Assembly (NCBI GenBank): GCA_017470645.1
Contig: JAFUYJ010000028.1
Coordinates: 7,498 to 71,497, forward strand
DNA: 64,000 nucleotides
DNA from: Clostridia bacterium
Lineage (GTDB): Bacteria > Bacillota > Clostridia > TANB77 > CAG-508
Direction of reading: 5' to 3'
Positions 19,868 through 29,727 of this stretch are shown here, in pieces. Position 1 is the first letter of the stretch. Each line of letters opens with the position of its first letter. The notes below the pieces were generated by a model, which ran no database searches, had not been told where the DNA came from, and saw only the letters and a program-made list of their open reading frames with translations. Both the position numbers and the translations under genes were made by a program.

Positions 19868-22069
19868 TCACATCCTTCTCAGACGCAAAGCATTCAATAT
19901 AACAGTTATACTACTAATTACCATTGCCAAACTTGCAATCATTGGATTTATTGTTATCCCAAATGGTCTTAATAAACCTATTGCAATTGGAATCATTAAG
20001 CAGTTATAGAAAAATGCCCAAAATAAGTTTTGCTTTATATTTCTAATAGTAGCTTTACTTATTTTCATTAAATCTAAAATACCTTTTAAATCACTTCTTG
20101 TTAAAATAACATCTGAAGAATCCATTGCGATATCTGTACTATTATTAACGCTAACTCCTATATCTGAACTTGCTAAAGCAGGACTATCATTAATTCCATC
20201 TCCACACATCATTACAAATCTATTTTCTTTCTTAAGGTTTCTTATCATATCTACTTTTTCAGTAGGTAAAACTTCTGATATAACTTTCTCTATTCCTAAT
20301 TCCCTTGCAATTATATCAGCCGTCTTTTGATTGTCACCTGTTAACATTATTGTTTGTATTTTTCTTGCTTTAAGTGTTTTTATTAAATCTCTTGCTTCCT
20401 CTTTAACAATATCATTTACTCCAACTAAAGCTATAATTTCATTTTCTTTTGCAACATATATTATACTATTTCCATGTTCTGATAATCTTTCTTCATCTTG
20501 AACATAATTATTTATTATATTAAATTTATCAAGGATCTTTGCATTACCTATTATTATTTTTTCATTATTTATTTCAGCTGTAACACCCATTCCTGCAATG
20601 TTTTCAAAATTATCAACATTTAAAAATTTGATATTTTTTTCCTGCAAATAGCTTATAAAAGCTTCCGCAATTGGATGTGTTGATTTGTTTTCAACGCTTC
20701 CTACTATTTGTAATAATTTATCATTTTCAATATTACAATAATTTACTACTTCTGATATTTTTAATTTTCCATAAGTTAACGTACCTGTCTTATCGAAAAC
20801 AACAGTATCCACTTTCTGTGCCTTCTCAAGAATTTCACTCTTCTTTACTAAAATTCCGTTTGAAGCACATAGCCCTTCACTTGCAACAATTGCAAGCGGT
20901 GTAGCTAGTCCTAAACTACATGGACATGCAACAACTAAAACTGTTACAAATGTTGTTATTGCTGTTTCTACATTTTTACCAATTATCAAATATACAATAA
21001 ATGTTATAATGGCAATCAAAATAACTACAGGCACAAAGTATCCAGAAACTTTATCTGCAACTTTAGCTATTGGTGTTTTTGTATTTGATGCTTCTACAAC
21101 AATTTTTACAATTTCAGAAACTGTAGATTCTTTTCCAATTTTCTCAGCTTCATATTCTATGTAACCGTCATAATTTAAGCTACCAGCTAACACATTAGAA
21201 TTCTTTTCTTTTGCTACTGGCTTACTTTCTCCTGTTATGAAAGATTCATCAAAATGAGCTTTACCATTAACTATTTTTCCATCAACTGCAGCTTTTTCTC
21301 CCGCTTTACATATTACAATATCTCCCTTATTAATTTCATCTAACGTAACAGTTTTTAACACTCCATCAGCCTTTATTGTTGCAGTTTCTGGAGTAATTTT
21401 TACTAGCTTTTGTATTGCTTCTTTAGTTTTATCTTTATTTCTTCCATCAATAAATCGTCCTAGTTTTATGAAATAAATAACTATACTGGTTGACTCGAAA
21501 TATAGATTCATTACTTGATGATGATTTCCTTTGAAAACCATATACATATTATATACACTATATAAAAAGCTTGTAACCACTCCAATACCAACTAATGTAT
21601 CCATGTTAGGAGTTCTGTGAATTAAATTTTTATAACCATTTTTAAGAATATCTAAACCATATATGATAAACAACAACGTTATAATCAATATGATTACCGT
21701 ATAGTTTGTTGTATTATGATGAATATCAAAAAATGGAACTGATGGTAAATTTATCATATGTCCCATCGAAATATACATTAAAAATATTGCAAGTATAGTA
21801 TAGCAAATTAACTTTATCTTTTCTTTAATGTTCTTATTTTCTGTTTTAATTTCCTTAAATTCTCCTAAACTTTTAAAGCCCGCTTTTTCAACAAATTTTT
21901 CAATTTGTATTATATTTAATTTCTTCTCATCATATTCAACTGTAGCATTTGCCATTACTAAATTAACTGATGCATTTTTTATTCCATCTTGTTTATTTAA
22001 GTATTTCTCTAATCCATTTGAGCAAGCACTACAAGTCATTCCTTCTATTGATAAAATAATTTTTTTCAT
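19868..22069 (-). CDS. copA: Copper-translocating P1B-type ATPase
   Basis: N-terminal HMA domain (GMTCSACS), CPC motif (ACPCSLGLATP), DKTGTLT phosphorylation site and GDGINDSP. Confidence 0.93.
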   Translation of the reverse strand: MKKIILSIEGMTCSACSNGLEKYLNKQDGIKNASVNLVMANATVEYDEKKLNIIQIEKFVEKAGFKSLGEFKEIKTENKNIKEKIKLICYTILAIFLMYISMGHMINLPSVPFFDIHHNTTNYTVIILIITLLFIIYGLDILKNGYKNLIHRTPNMDTLVGIGVVTSFLYSVYNMYMVFKGNHHQVMNLYFESTSIVIYFIKLGRFIDGRNKDKTKEAIQKLVKITPETATIKADGVLKTVTLDEINKGDIVICKAGEKAAVDGKIVNGKAHFDESFITGESKPVAKEKNSNVLAGSLNYDGYIEYEAEKIGKESTVSEIVKIVVEASNTKTPIAKVADKVSGYFVPVVILIAIITFIVYLIIGKNVETAITTFVTVLVVACPCSLGLATPLAIVASEGLCASNGILVKKSEILEKAQKVDTVVFDKTGTLTYGKLKISEVVNYCNIENDKLLQIVGSVENKSTHPIAEAFISYLQEKNIKFLNVDNFENIAGMGVTAEINNEKIIIGNAKILDKFNIINNYVQDEERLSEHGNSIIYVAKENEIIALVGVNDIVKEEARDLIKTLKARKIQTIMLTGDNQKTADIIARELGIEKVISEVLPTEKVDMIRNLKKENRFVMMCGDGINDSPALASSDIGVSVNNSTDIAMDSSDVILTRSDLKGILDLMKISKATIRNIKQNLFWAFFYNCLMIPIAIGLLRPFGITINPMIASLAMVISSITVILNALRLRRM

Positions 22070-22071
22070 AA

Positions 22072-22284
22072 CTAATCTTCCTTAACAACTTCATATCCAA
22101 TATCTTCAATAGTTTCTATAATTAATTCCTTTAAAACTTCACTATTAGCTTTTACAACAACTTTGCCAGTGTTGTGATTCGCTGTTACTTCCTCTATACC
22201 TTCTATATTTTTTAGTGCGTTCTTCACTCTATTTTCGCAGCCTTCACACATCATTCCATTTACCTTTATAACAATTTCATCCAT
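22072..22284 (-). CDS. copZ: Copper chaperone CopZ (HMA domain)
   Basis: 70 aa with the GMMCEGC metal-binding motif, immediately upstream of copA. Confidence 0.88.
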   Translation of the reverse strand: MDEIVIKVNGMMCEGCENRVKNALKNIEGIEEVTANHNTGKVVVKANSEVLKELIIETIEDIGYEVVKED

Positions 22285-22322
22285 TTTTTTATACCTCCCT
22301 TTTTGTATTTAATAAAATTTAT

Positions 22323-22799
22323 TTAATATACCGTCTTATCATTTTTATTTGAAAACTCGACAAAAGATTTTATTGTTTCTTCTCTATCTAATTGAGTTAA
22401 ATTAAGAATCTTATTGTTTTTAGTCCCTTCTGTTAATTGACTAATGTAGTTATATATAAAATCGTCTCTAAAACCAATTTCTGCAGCATCTTCTTTGGTA
22501 TTACCATAATATACGTGTTTTATGTTTGACCAAATTGTTGCAGATAGACACATTGGACATGGATAACATGATGTATAAAGTTCACAACCACTTAAATCAT
22601 ATGAATTAATATTTTTGCAAGCATCTCTAATTGCCATTACTTCAGCATGTGCAGTTGGATCATTGTTCTTTAGAACATGGTTTGAACCCTTTCCAATTAT
22701 TTCTCCATTTTTCACAACGCAAGCTCCGAAAGGTCCTCCTGCATTTGTTTTCAAATTATCATCAGATAATTCCTTTGCTATTTTCATATATATATTCAT
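22323..22799 (-). CDS. guaD: Guanine deaminase (CMP/dCMP-type zinc deaminase, GuaD-like)
   Basis: GGPFGACVV, NDPTAHAEVMAIR, LYTSCYPCPMCL and AAEIGFRDDFIY closely follow the Bacillus GuaD pattern. Confidence 0.7.
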   Translation of the reverse strand: MNIYMKIAKELSDDNLKTNAGGPFGACVVKNGEIIGKGSNHVLKNNDPTAHAEVMAIRDACKNINSYDLSGCELYTSCYPCPMCLSATIWSNIKHVYYGNTKEDAAEIGFRDDFIYNYISQLTEGTKNNKILNLTQLDREETIKSFVEFSNKNDKTVY

Positions 22800-22822
22800 T
22801 TGTATACTCTCCTCTCTCTATT

Positions 22823-23551
22823 TTATTTTCTTCTTAAGCTATTTAAATATTCTTTTTCTTCTTTACTTACCCTGTATGAATCATGTATTTTACTTATAGC
22901 TTTATTATGCGTAAATTTATTTAGGTTATTGCTTTTTATAAATGTTTTTGTTTCTTTTGGAAATTTAGTATACATCTCACATATAAGCCACGCTTCTGAC
23001 ATGTTTATGTAAAACTTGTCACTTTCTATTTTATTTAATGTATCAAATATAGTGTCTAAATTTTTTTCATTAATGAAATGGTCTAATATAATTACAAGTC
23101 CTATTCGTGCTATAAATTCTTTTTTATTTAAGGACATTTTTACCGCTTCTTTGAAATATTTGTCTTCAAATTTTTCCACAATTTTTATGCTACTGCAAAA
23201 AGTATCACAAAGTGCCCAATTGTCAATTTTACTTATATAATCTTTAAAATGCTTGTAAAACAATGCTTCATCTTTTATATGTGAAATTAATAATCCTTGT
23301 ATCATTATTTCTTCATAATATTTGTTTTGAGCATATTTTAAGAATTCCTCTATATTTGTCTTTGAGATTTTTTTTGCTATTTTTCGCATTGTTGGAACTC
23401 TAATTCCTATCATTTCGTATTTTGAATTTAATACTAGTGAACTGTGAAATTCTTTGTATTTTTCATCTTTTTGAGTTATTAAGTATTGTATAAATGATTG
23501 GTATGTTTTTGCATTCCATTCTATTGGTAGTATTATTGTTTCTTCATCCAT
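22823..23551 (-). CDS. DNA alkylation repair protein (AlkD-like HEAT-repeat family)
   Basis: Family-typical layout (KYKEFHSSLV..., IGIRVPTMRKIAKKI, WALCDTF). I chose the ATG at 23551 with SD AAGGTGGG; the track start is TTG. Confidence 0.65.
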   Translation of the reverse strand: MDEETIILPIEWNAKTYQSFIQYLITQKDEKYKEFHSSLVLNSKYEMIGIRVPTMRKIAKKISKTNIEEFLKYAQNKYYEEIMIQGLLISHIKDEALFYKHFKDYISKIDNWALCDTFCSSIKIVEKFEDKYFKEAVKMSLNKKEFIARIGLVIILDHFINEKNLDTIFDTLNKIESDKFYINMSEAWLICEMYTKFPKETKTFIKSNNLNKFTHNKAISKIHDSYRVSKEEKEYLNSLRRK

Positions 23552-23577
23552 TGTGTTTCCCACCTTCAATTTACTAT

Positions 23578-23940
23578 TTACTGTTCAAAAACTTTCCATT
23601 GTCTTTTTATGTTTTTTTCTTCTTTTTTCTTTATTGCATCATATAAATTTATATTTAATTTATTGCATATAGAAACTAATACTATAAACACATCTGCAAT
23701 TTCTTCTTCAATGTCTGTATAATTTTCTATCTTTTCATAGTCTATTGAAGCTTCTGGTAATGTTTTTCTTATTGCTTTTGCTAATTCACCTGTTTCCTCA
23801 AGTAATAGTAGCATTTTATCTTGCACTCTTTGTTCTGAAAAACCTCTAATTGTAATTATTTCTCTTATGTAATCTTGAATTTCGTTTAAACTATTATTTT
23901 CATTTAGTAATTCATATAATTGATTTTGTTTATTTAACAT
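23578..23940 (-). CDS. MazG-like nucleotide pyrophosphohydrolase
   Basis: EETGELAKAIRK and EEIADVFIVLVSI motifs. 120 aa. Confidence 0.7.
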   Translation of the reverse strand: MLNKQNQLYELLNENNSLNEIQDYIREIITIRGFSEQRVQDKMLLLLEETGELAKAIRKTLPEASIDYEKIENYTDIEEEIADVFIVLVSICNKLNINLYDAIKKKEEKNIKRQWKVFEQ

Positions 23941-24366
23941 ACTCGTTCTCCTTCCATAAAAAAATAGAAGACAAAGTCACTTAAATTATAGTAACTTTAC
24001 CTTCTATAAAAAATTAAAAAGCAGAAAAGTGGTGAAACAACGTATGATATAAATGATTTTAGTATTAATTTAACATCAAATTTCAATCCATTGAATTTCA
24101 TATCTTTCTACTTCCTTTTTTACTTTTTACTGGGCATATTATATAAGCTTTTGTTTGTTGTGTCAATACTTTGGTTAAATATTTGATTATTTTTTTGTGC
24201 TTGTTCAATTTGTGTCTTATTTTATCTTCATAATCCACTTCACTATAACTTACTACTTTTATTTACAGAACTAACTCGCAATATTACTCAAAAAAAGAAC
24301 TGATTTCTCAATTCCTAATATCAAAATATTGCGATTATATTTAAATACTTATACAATTGTTGTTTT

Positions 24367-24594
24367 TTATTTAATCATCAACTTTTTATATACTTCATCT
24401 ACATTATTTATCTCTAAAGCATTTAATATTTTATACGCTTTTTCTTTTGAAATTTTATAAAATATCTCTTCATCTTTTAACATTTCTTGTATTACTATAT
24501 CACTAGTAAAATCCTTTTCATTATTTTTCTTATGTTCAATATTGGTTTCATTTATTAGTTTTAAACATTTTAATATATATTTATCTTCCATCAT
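24367..24594 (-). CDS. Small hypothetical protein (75 aa)
   Basis: This ORF overlaps the stop of the upstream ORF by 14 nt. I recognise no family. Confidence 0.4.
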   Translation of the reverse strand: MMEDKYILKCLKLINETNIEHKKNNEKDFTSDIVIQEMLKDEEIFYKISKEKAYKILNALEINNVDEVYKKLMIK

Positions 24595-25597
24595 ATTCCA
24601 TCCTCTCTGCTATAGTATATCTCTCTTTATTATGTAAATATTTTCCTTCATGAATATAATCATTAAACTCTCTATCACTTAATATTTTTATTCCTGATGA
24701 ATTTATAACCATAAATTTCATGTTCCAACGCATATATAAAGATTCCTTATATATTGTATCCTCTTTTTCCCAAATTTTTTTAGGTTCATATCCTTTCATT
24801 TCCAGTATTGTATACATATACTTAAATATACCATCATTACCTATTATTTTAATTTTTTCTAACAATATATCTATCCACTCAATTCTTGATTTTTCTACTG
24901 GATCATCTTCAATTTCCTTTTCAAACTCTTTTTTTGATTTTCTTGTTTTATTTATTTCATTTAACTTTTCTTTAACTATATTTTTTTCATCACTTACTAT
25001 AGTTATACCTTTTATTTCTAATCCTAACTTTACTCTGTTTAAATCTGCACCTTTCCAATAATCATCAGTATCAATAATAATCATAAAATCATCACATACA
25101 TAGGCTGTAGCATAATGAGTTTCATATTCATCTGATACCAAAAAAATATCTGATTCTTCCTTGATGAATTGTTTTAATCTAACAGCCATGTACCTAGATA
25201 ATTCATAACATATTCTCCTGTTATGTTTTTTTCTATTTTCTCTCCATACTGAATTAGGATTTCTTCCATATCTGGAATCTATTGTACATATATTTTTTTC
25301 TTTATTATAATTTCCTAAGAAATAACAAAAATCATCAAAAACAAAATACTTGCACACTAAGCAGTGTATTTTTAGTATTTTTTCTATTGTAGATAATTGT
25401 TCAAAATTTTCATCTTTACATAACTCTTCGAAAAGGTGGTCATCATCTTCTTTCCAGTATACATAGTCTTTCTTTATTTCACTATCATCAATTTCTTCTG
25501 TTTCATCTGGATTGATTTTTATTTTACACCAATTCATTAAACTATTTACTTCTTTTAATTTTTTTACGAATTCCTTTCTTTTCTCTACTTTGTTCAT
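24581..25597 (-). CDS. Hypothetical protein, possibly with a transglutaminase/papain-like Cys-His-Asp core
   Basis: The ATG at 25597 has GGAGG 10 nt upstream. The spacing of RICYELSRYM (Cys), THYATAYV (His) and IIIDTDD (Asp) resembles transglutaminase-like cores. No family was recognised by eye. Confidence 0.45.
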   Translation of the reverse strand: MNKVEKRKEFVKKLKEVNSLMNWCKIKINPDETEEIDDSEIKKDYVYWKEDDDHLFEELCKDENFEQLSTIEKILKIHCLVCKYFVFDDFCYFLGNYNKEKNICTIDSRYGRNPNSVWRENRKKHNRRICYELSRYMAVRLKQFIKEESDIFLVSDEYETHYATAYVCDDFMIIIDTDDYWKGADLNRVKLGLEIKGITIVSDEKNIVKEKLNEINKTRKSKKEFEKEIEDDPVEKSRIEWIDILLEKIKIIGNDGIFKYMYTILEMKGYEPKKIWEKEDTIYKESLYMRWNMKFMVINSSGIKILSDREFNDYIHEGKYLHNKERYTIAERMEYDGR

Positions 25598-25728
25598 TTT
25601 ATCGAATCCTCCATTTATATATATATTACTTGAATAATTTTTCAAATAATCTACTATTTTTTTTCAAACTTGTGCGTAATATTACTTATATTCCGATCAC
25701 ATATTATTTTTAATCATAATCTCCAAAT

Positions 25729-26061
25729 TTAATTTTCATTCTTGTTTAATCTCTTCATTCTCTCAACGTAAGCTACTATAATGGTTATTCCAAGAATTGG
25801 AATAGATAATGACATTAATATATGTATAACTTGAATAAATGCAAACATTTTTACAATTAAATAAATTTCAATCATGAGTTTTATAGCAACCGCAATTATA
25901 ATATATGCTAATGCAGTTTTTTTCACATTTAAAAAATCTGAAAATTTTACAACATTTGCAAAACTTATGATATTAAAACAGTTTATTATAAGCGCTATAT
26001 TTTGAGGTAATCCAAATTCAGAAATATAAGTTCCTGATTGTAAAATTTGAATTCCTAACAC
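25729..26061 (-). CDS. Small hydrophobic membrane protein (hypothetical)
   Basis: Three predicted TM segments. GTG start with no clear SD. Confidence 0.4.
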   Translation of the reverse strand: MLGIQILQSGTYISEFGLPQNIALIINCFNIISFANVVKFSDFLNVKKTALAYIIIAVAIKLMIEIYLIVKMFAFIQVIHILMSLSIPILGITIIVAYVERMKRLNKNEN

Positions 26062-26078
26062 AGCTGCATATGCATATA

Positions 26079-27584
26079 TTATTTATTAATCTTTATTCTT
26101 TTTGAAGATGTTTCAATTGCTGACTTAGGACATACTAACCTGCATAATTGGCAGCCGACACATTTTGATCCATCAATGGTTGGTTTCCTGTTTTCATTAA
26201 ATTTAATTGCTTCATGTCCACCATCTTGGCATGAAATATAGCATCTACCGCATCCTATACATTTTTCATAATCAATCTTAGGAAATTCAATTGTGTCTTT
26301 TTCTAGCTCATCATTATTAATTACATTAGGTTTAGACATTCCAACAAAACCACTAACATTACTATAATTCTTTTCTTTCATAAAAATCTTTAATCCTAAT
26401 AGTAAATCATCAATTATTCTATACCCATATTCCATTATGGCAGTTGTTACTTGGACACTAGTACACCCCAGTAGCATAAATTCAACAGCATCTTTCCATG
26501 TATAAATTCCGCCCATTCCGCTATAGTACACGTCATTTAGTTCTTTACAATTTGCCATTTCTGCTATAAATCTAAGCGCTATTGGTTTTACTGCCTGTCC
26601 AGAATATCCTCCTAAAGCTGATTTACCATTTACTTGTGGTTCTGGGATAAATGAATTCATATCTATATTAGTTATACTCTTAATTGTGTTAATTGCAGCT
26701 ATTCCATCTGCCCCACCTTTTTTTGCTGCTATTGCAGGTTCACGCATATCTGTGATATTTGGTGTCATTTTTGCTAAAACTGGTATATTCGTATTATTTC
26801 TAACTATTCTAGTATAATACTCCACTAAATCCGGATTTTGTCCAACATCAGAACCTGTTCCTTTATGTTTCATATTTGGGCAAGAAAAATTAAGTTCTAT
26901 TAAATCCGCTCCTGCTTTTGTAACCTCTTTGGTCAACCATTCCCATTCTTCTTCATTTCTTCCCATAATTGATGCAATAATAACTTTACCAGGAAACTCT
27001 GCTTTTAACCTTCTTATCATTTCCATATTTTCTTCTACTGAATATTCTGATAATTGTTCAATGTTCTTAAATCCTAAAAATGTTCCATCCCAATCTTTTA
27101 AAGCTGAAAATCTAGGTGAAGATTCATGAATTGGCATCATACAAATAGTTTTCGTTACAACCCCAGCCCATCCGGCTTCTAAAGCTCTTTTACACATTTC
27201 ATATCTACTTCCAACTATAGATGATGATAACATAAAAGGATTTTCAAGTTTTACTCCACATATCTCAGAACTTACATCAATATCTTCTACATTTTCTATT
27301 TTATTAGTTTCATTTATAAGATTTTTTATGATTTTGTCAATATCTACATTTAAAGGGCAGCTTTCGTTACATGTAGAATCTTTTTCAAGGCAGTTTTCTT
27401 CATTTTGAATTAGACTACGTGCTCCCTTTTTATTATCGAATTTTATAGCTCTTATAATTCTTTCTGGATTAATGTTTTTATACATCTTTAAACATGGTGC
27501 ATCATAACAACACACGCACTTATGAATTTCAATCTTATTAGACAGTTCTTCATTTTTTTGCATTTCACTCTTATTTTCATTCAT
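26079..27584 (-). CDS. Dihydropyrimidine dehydrogenase-like Fe-S flavoenzyme (PreA / DHOD family with N-terminal and C-terminal Fe-S modules)
   Basis: The DHOD-type TIM barrel shows ELNFSCPN and MGGIYTW. There are two C-terminal 4Fe-4S motifs (CIGCGRCYISC, CVGCQLCRLVCP) and an N-terminal CVCCYDAPC motif. I chose the ATG at 27584 with SD AAGGGAG. Confidence 0.7.
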   Translation of the reverse strand: MNENKSEMQKNEELSNKIEIHKCVCCYDAPCLKMYKNINPERIIRAIKFDNKKGARSLIQNEENCLEKDSTCNESCPLNVDIDKIIKNLINETNKIENVEDIDVSSEICGVKLENPFMLSSSIVGSRYEMCKRALEAGWAGVVTKTICMMPIHESSPRFSALKDWDGTFLGFKNIEQLSEYSVEENMEMIRRLKAEFPGKVIIASIMGRNEEEWEWLTKEVTKAGADLIELNFSCPNMKHKGTGSDVGQNPDLVEYYTRIVRNNTNIPVLAKMTPNITDMREPAIAAKKGGADGIAAINTIKSITNIDMNSFIPEPQVNGKSALGGYSGQAVKPIALRFIAEMANCKELNDVYYSGMGGIYTWKDAVEFMLLGCTSVQVTTAIMEYGYRIIDDLLLGLKIFMKEKNYSNVSGFVGMSKPNVINNDELEKDTIEFPKIDYEKCIGCGRCYISCQDGGHEAIKFNENRKPTIDGSKCVGCQLCRLVCPKSAIETSSKRIKINK

Positions 27585-27621
27585 ATATGCTACTCCCTTT
27601 TTATCATAAATTAACAAAAAA

Positions 27622-28608
27622 TTATTTCAAGTACTCCTTAAAAAAGCTTTCTATCTTATCAAATGGTATAATATCAACTCTATCATACAAATCCGTATGA
27701 ACTGCATCTGGTATAATCATTAATTCTTTATTATCGGTATATTTGCTGTTCTTAACCATATCATTATACGCATCTTTGCTAAAATAGCATGAATGTGCTT
27801 TTTCACCATGAACTATTAAAACGGCATTTCTAATTTCACCTGTGAATGTGTGTTGTGGTGTATTTATAAATGACAAACTTGATGTTTTATTCCATCCGCC
27901 ATTTGAATTCAAACTTCTTTTGTGATATCCACGTGGTGTTTTATAATAATCATAATAATCTTTTACAAAGAATGGTGCATCTTCTGGTAATGGATCTACA
28001 ACACCACCGCCTAACTCATATTCTCCTGTTTTATAATCTTTAATTCTTTGTGCATTTAATTCTTTTTTTAATTCATATAAATCATCTTCATTCGTACTGT
28101 CGAAATATCCATTATGATTAACTCTACTCATATTGTACATTGTAGTTGCAACTGTTGCCTTGATTCTTGTGTCAATACTTGCTGCATTTAAGGCTAATCC
28201 AACCCATCCACAAATTCCAATTATTCCTATTTTTTCAGGATCAACATTTTCTTGAACTGATAGAAAGTCAACTGCTGCTTGAAAATCTTCTGTATTTATG
28301 TCTGGTGACGCTACATATCTTGGAGTTCCTGAGCTTTCTCCTGTATATGAAGGGTCAAAAGCTATACATAAAAATCCCCTTTCGGCCATATTCATAGCAT
28401 ATAAACCACTACATTGTTCTTTTACTGCTCCAAAAGGTCCTGATACAGCTATTGCAGGTAATTTTCCTTTTGCATCTTTTGGTTCATATAAATCAGCTGC
28501 TAATGTTATTCCAAATCTATTATGGAATGTCACCTTTCTATGATTTACTTTTTCACTTAATGTAAAAGTCTTATCCCATTCTTGTGTAAGATTTAATTCT
28601 TCATTCAT
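27622..28608 (-). CDS. Alpha/beta hydrolase (dienelactone-hydrolase-like; putative Cys nucleophile GICGW)
   Basis: Fold-typical order: nucleophile elbow IGIIGICGWVG, then late His (PDAVHTDLY). I chose the ATG at 28608 with SD AAGGAGG. The upstream extension in the track runs into the repeat element. Confidence 0.6.
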   Translation of the reverse strand: MNEELNLTQEWDKTFTLSEKVNHRKVTFHNRFGITLAADLYEPKDAKGKLPAIAVSGPFGAVKEQCSGLYAMNMAERGFLCIAFDPSYTGESSGTPRYVASPDINTEDFQAAVDFLSVQENVDPEKIGIIGICGWVGLALNAASIDTRIKATVATTMYNMSRVNHNGYFDSTNEDDLYELKKELNAQRIKDYKTGEYELGGGVVDPLPEDAPFFVKDYYDYYKTPRGYHKRSLNSNGGWNKTSSLSFINTPQHTFTGEIRNAVLIVHGEKAHSCYFSKDAYNDMVKNSKYTDNKELMIIPDAVHTDLYDRVDIIPFDKIESFFKEYLK

Positions 28609-28627
28609 TCTTTTTTCCTCCTTAAAC

Positions 28628-28719
28628 TGAAACGTTTTTGGACGGTGAAACAATTGGGGACGGTCTTAAACGTTTCACAAAAGACCATCTCCAATTGTTT
28701 CACCGTCCAAAATGTTTCA
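28628..28719. repeat. Palindromic intergenic repeat, same family as 19793..19865, copy 2 (nested and duplicated arms, ~40-bp stem)
   Basis: TGAAACGTTTTTGGACGGTGAAACAATTGGGGACGGTCTT - AAACGTTTCACA - AAGACCATCTCCAATTGTTTCACCGTCCAAAATGTTTCA. It abuts the stop codon of the peroxidase gene. Confidence 0.8.
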
Positions 28720-29259
28720 TTATATTAACTCTTTAATTTTTTCTTCTATCTCTTCTGGCTTATATGTTGGTGAAAATCTATAAACCACATTTCCTTCTCT
28801 ATCTACTAAAAATTTTGTAAAATTCCATTTTATATCTTTGTCGTTTTTTGCTGTTGTGCTTATTTTTTCTATTGCCTTCATTGCCATTTTATTTTTTAAT
28901 CCTTCAACCAATTCTTCTGGACTATGTTCTTTAATAAATGTAAATAGTGGTGCTTCATTTTCTCCGTTTACATCTATTTTGGCAAATTGATCAAAACTTG
29001 TGTTGTATTTCAATGTACAAAATTCATGAATTTCATTATCATTTCCTGGGGCTTGATTACCAAATTGATTACATGGAAAATCAAGAATTTCTAACCCTTG
29101 CTCATGATATTTTTTGTATAAACTTTCAAGTCCTTCATATTGTGGTGTAAATCCACATCCTGTTGCTGTGTTTACAATTAGCAAAACATTTCCTTTAAAT
29201 TGAGAAATAGAAATATTCTCTCCATTTCTGTTTTTTACTGAATAATCGTATATTGACAT
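28720..29259 (-). CDS. Glutathione peroxidase family protein (Cys type)
   Basis: NTATGCGFTPQYEGLESLY, FPCNQFGNQAPG and WNFTKFLV motifs. I chose the ATG at 29259 with SD GGAGG. Confidence 0.85.
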   Translation of the reverse strand: MSIYDYSVKNRNGENISISQFKGNVLLIVNTATGCGFTPQYEGLESLYKKYHEQGLEILDFPCNQFGNQAPGNDNEIHEFCTLKYNTSFDQFAKIDVNGENEAPLFTFIKEHSPEELVEGLKNKMAMKAIEKISTTAKNDKDIKWNFTKFLVDREGNVVYRFSPTYKPEEIEEKIKELI

Positions 29260-29328
29260 ATAATACCTCCATATTTTTTTCTTGATTATATAATAACGGT
29301 TATATGATTTCAAGAAAATTTTTTAAAA

Positions 29329-29688
29329 CTATTTCTTCATAGTCAATTCATAACTAATATCAATTAAATTAAAAATTTCTTTTTTATCCACAGTTCCATC
29401 TAATAACACTGAAATCCAATGTTCCTTATTCATATGATAGGCAGGTAATATTCCATCTTCTTTTCTTAGTCCTCCTATCATTTCCGGAATGTTTTTTAGA
29501 TTTAATACATCTACCATTCCTTCTTTTTCAATCTTTAATCTTTCATATGGAACATCCATAATTAATGCAAACCACTTCATATTGTCTTTATGTTTAAATG
29601 TTGTAAAATTTGGTGCATCTAACCAAGGGTATTCTTGTAATGCATCATATTTTTTATTTATATATTGTTCTATTTCTTTTCTTAACAT
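29329..29688 (-). CDS. MmcQ/YjbR family DNA-binding protein
   Basis: YPWLDAPNFTTFKHKDNMKWFALIM and HWISVLLDG are typical of YjbR. Confidence 0.7.
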   Translation of the reverse strand: MLRKEIEQYINKKYDALQEYPWLDAPNFTTFKHKDNMKWFALIMDVPYERLKIEKEGMVDVLNLKNIPEMIGGLRKEDGILPAYHMNKEHWISVLLDGTVDKKEIFNLIDISYELTMKK

Positions 29689-29727
29689 ATTACCACTCTC
29701 CCTCTAAGTAATACTATCATATTTCTT

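Noticed and set aside
19767-20009. 80-aa plus-strand ORF downstream of the crp/fnr gene
   Set aside because: It runs through the palindromic repeat and antisense to the 3' end of copA. It has no SD and no recognisable family.
28609-28653. N-terminal extension MFHRPKTFQFKEEKR of the alpha/beta hydrolase ORF
   Set aside because: The extension is encoded by the palindromic repeat element. A strong SD (AAGGAGG) precedes the internal ATG at 28608.
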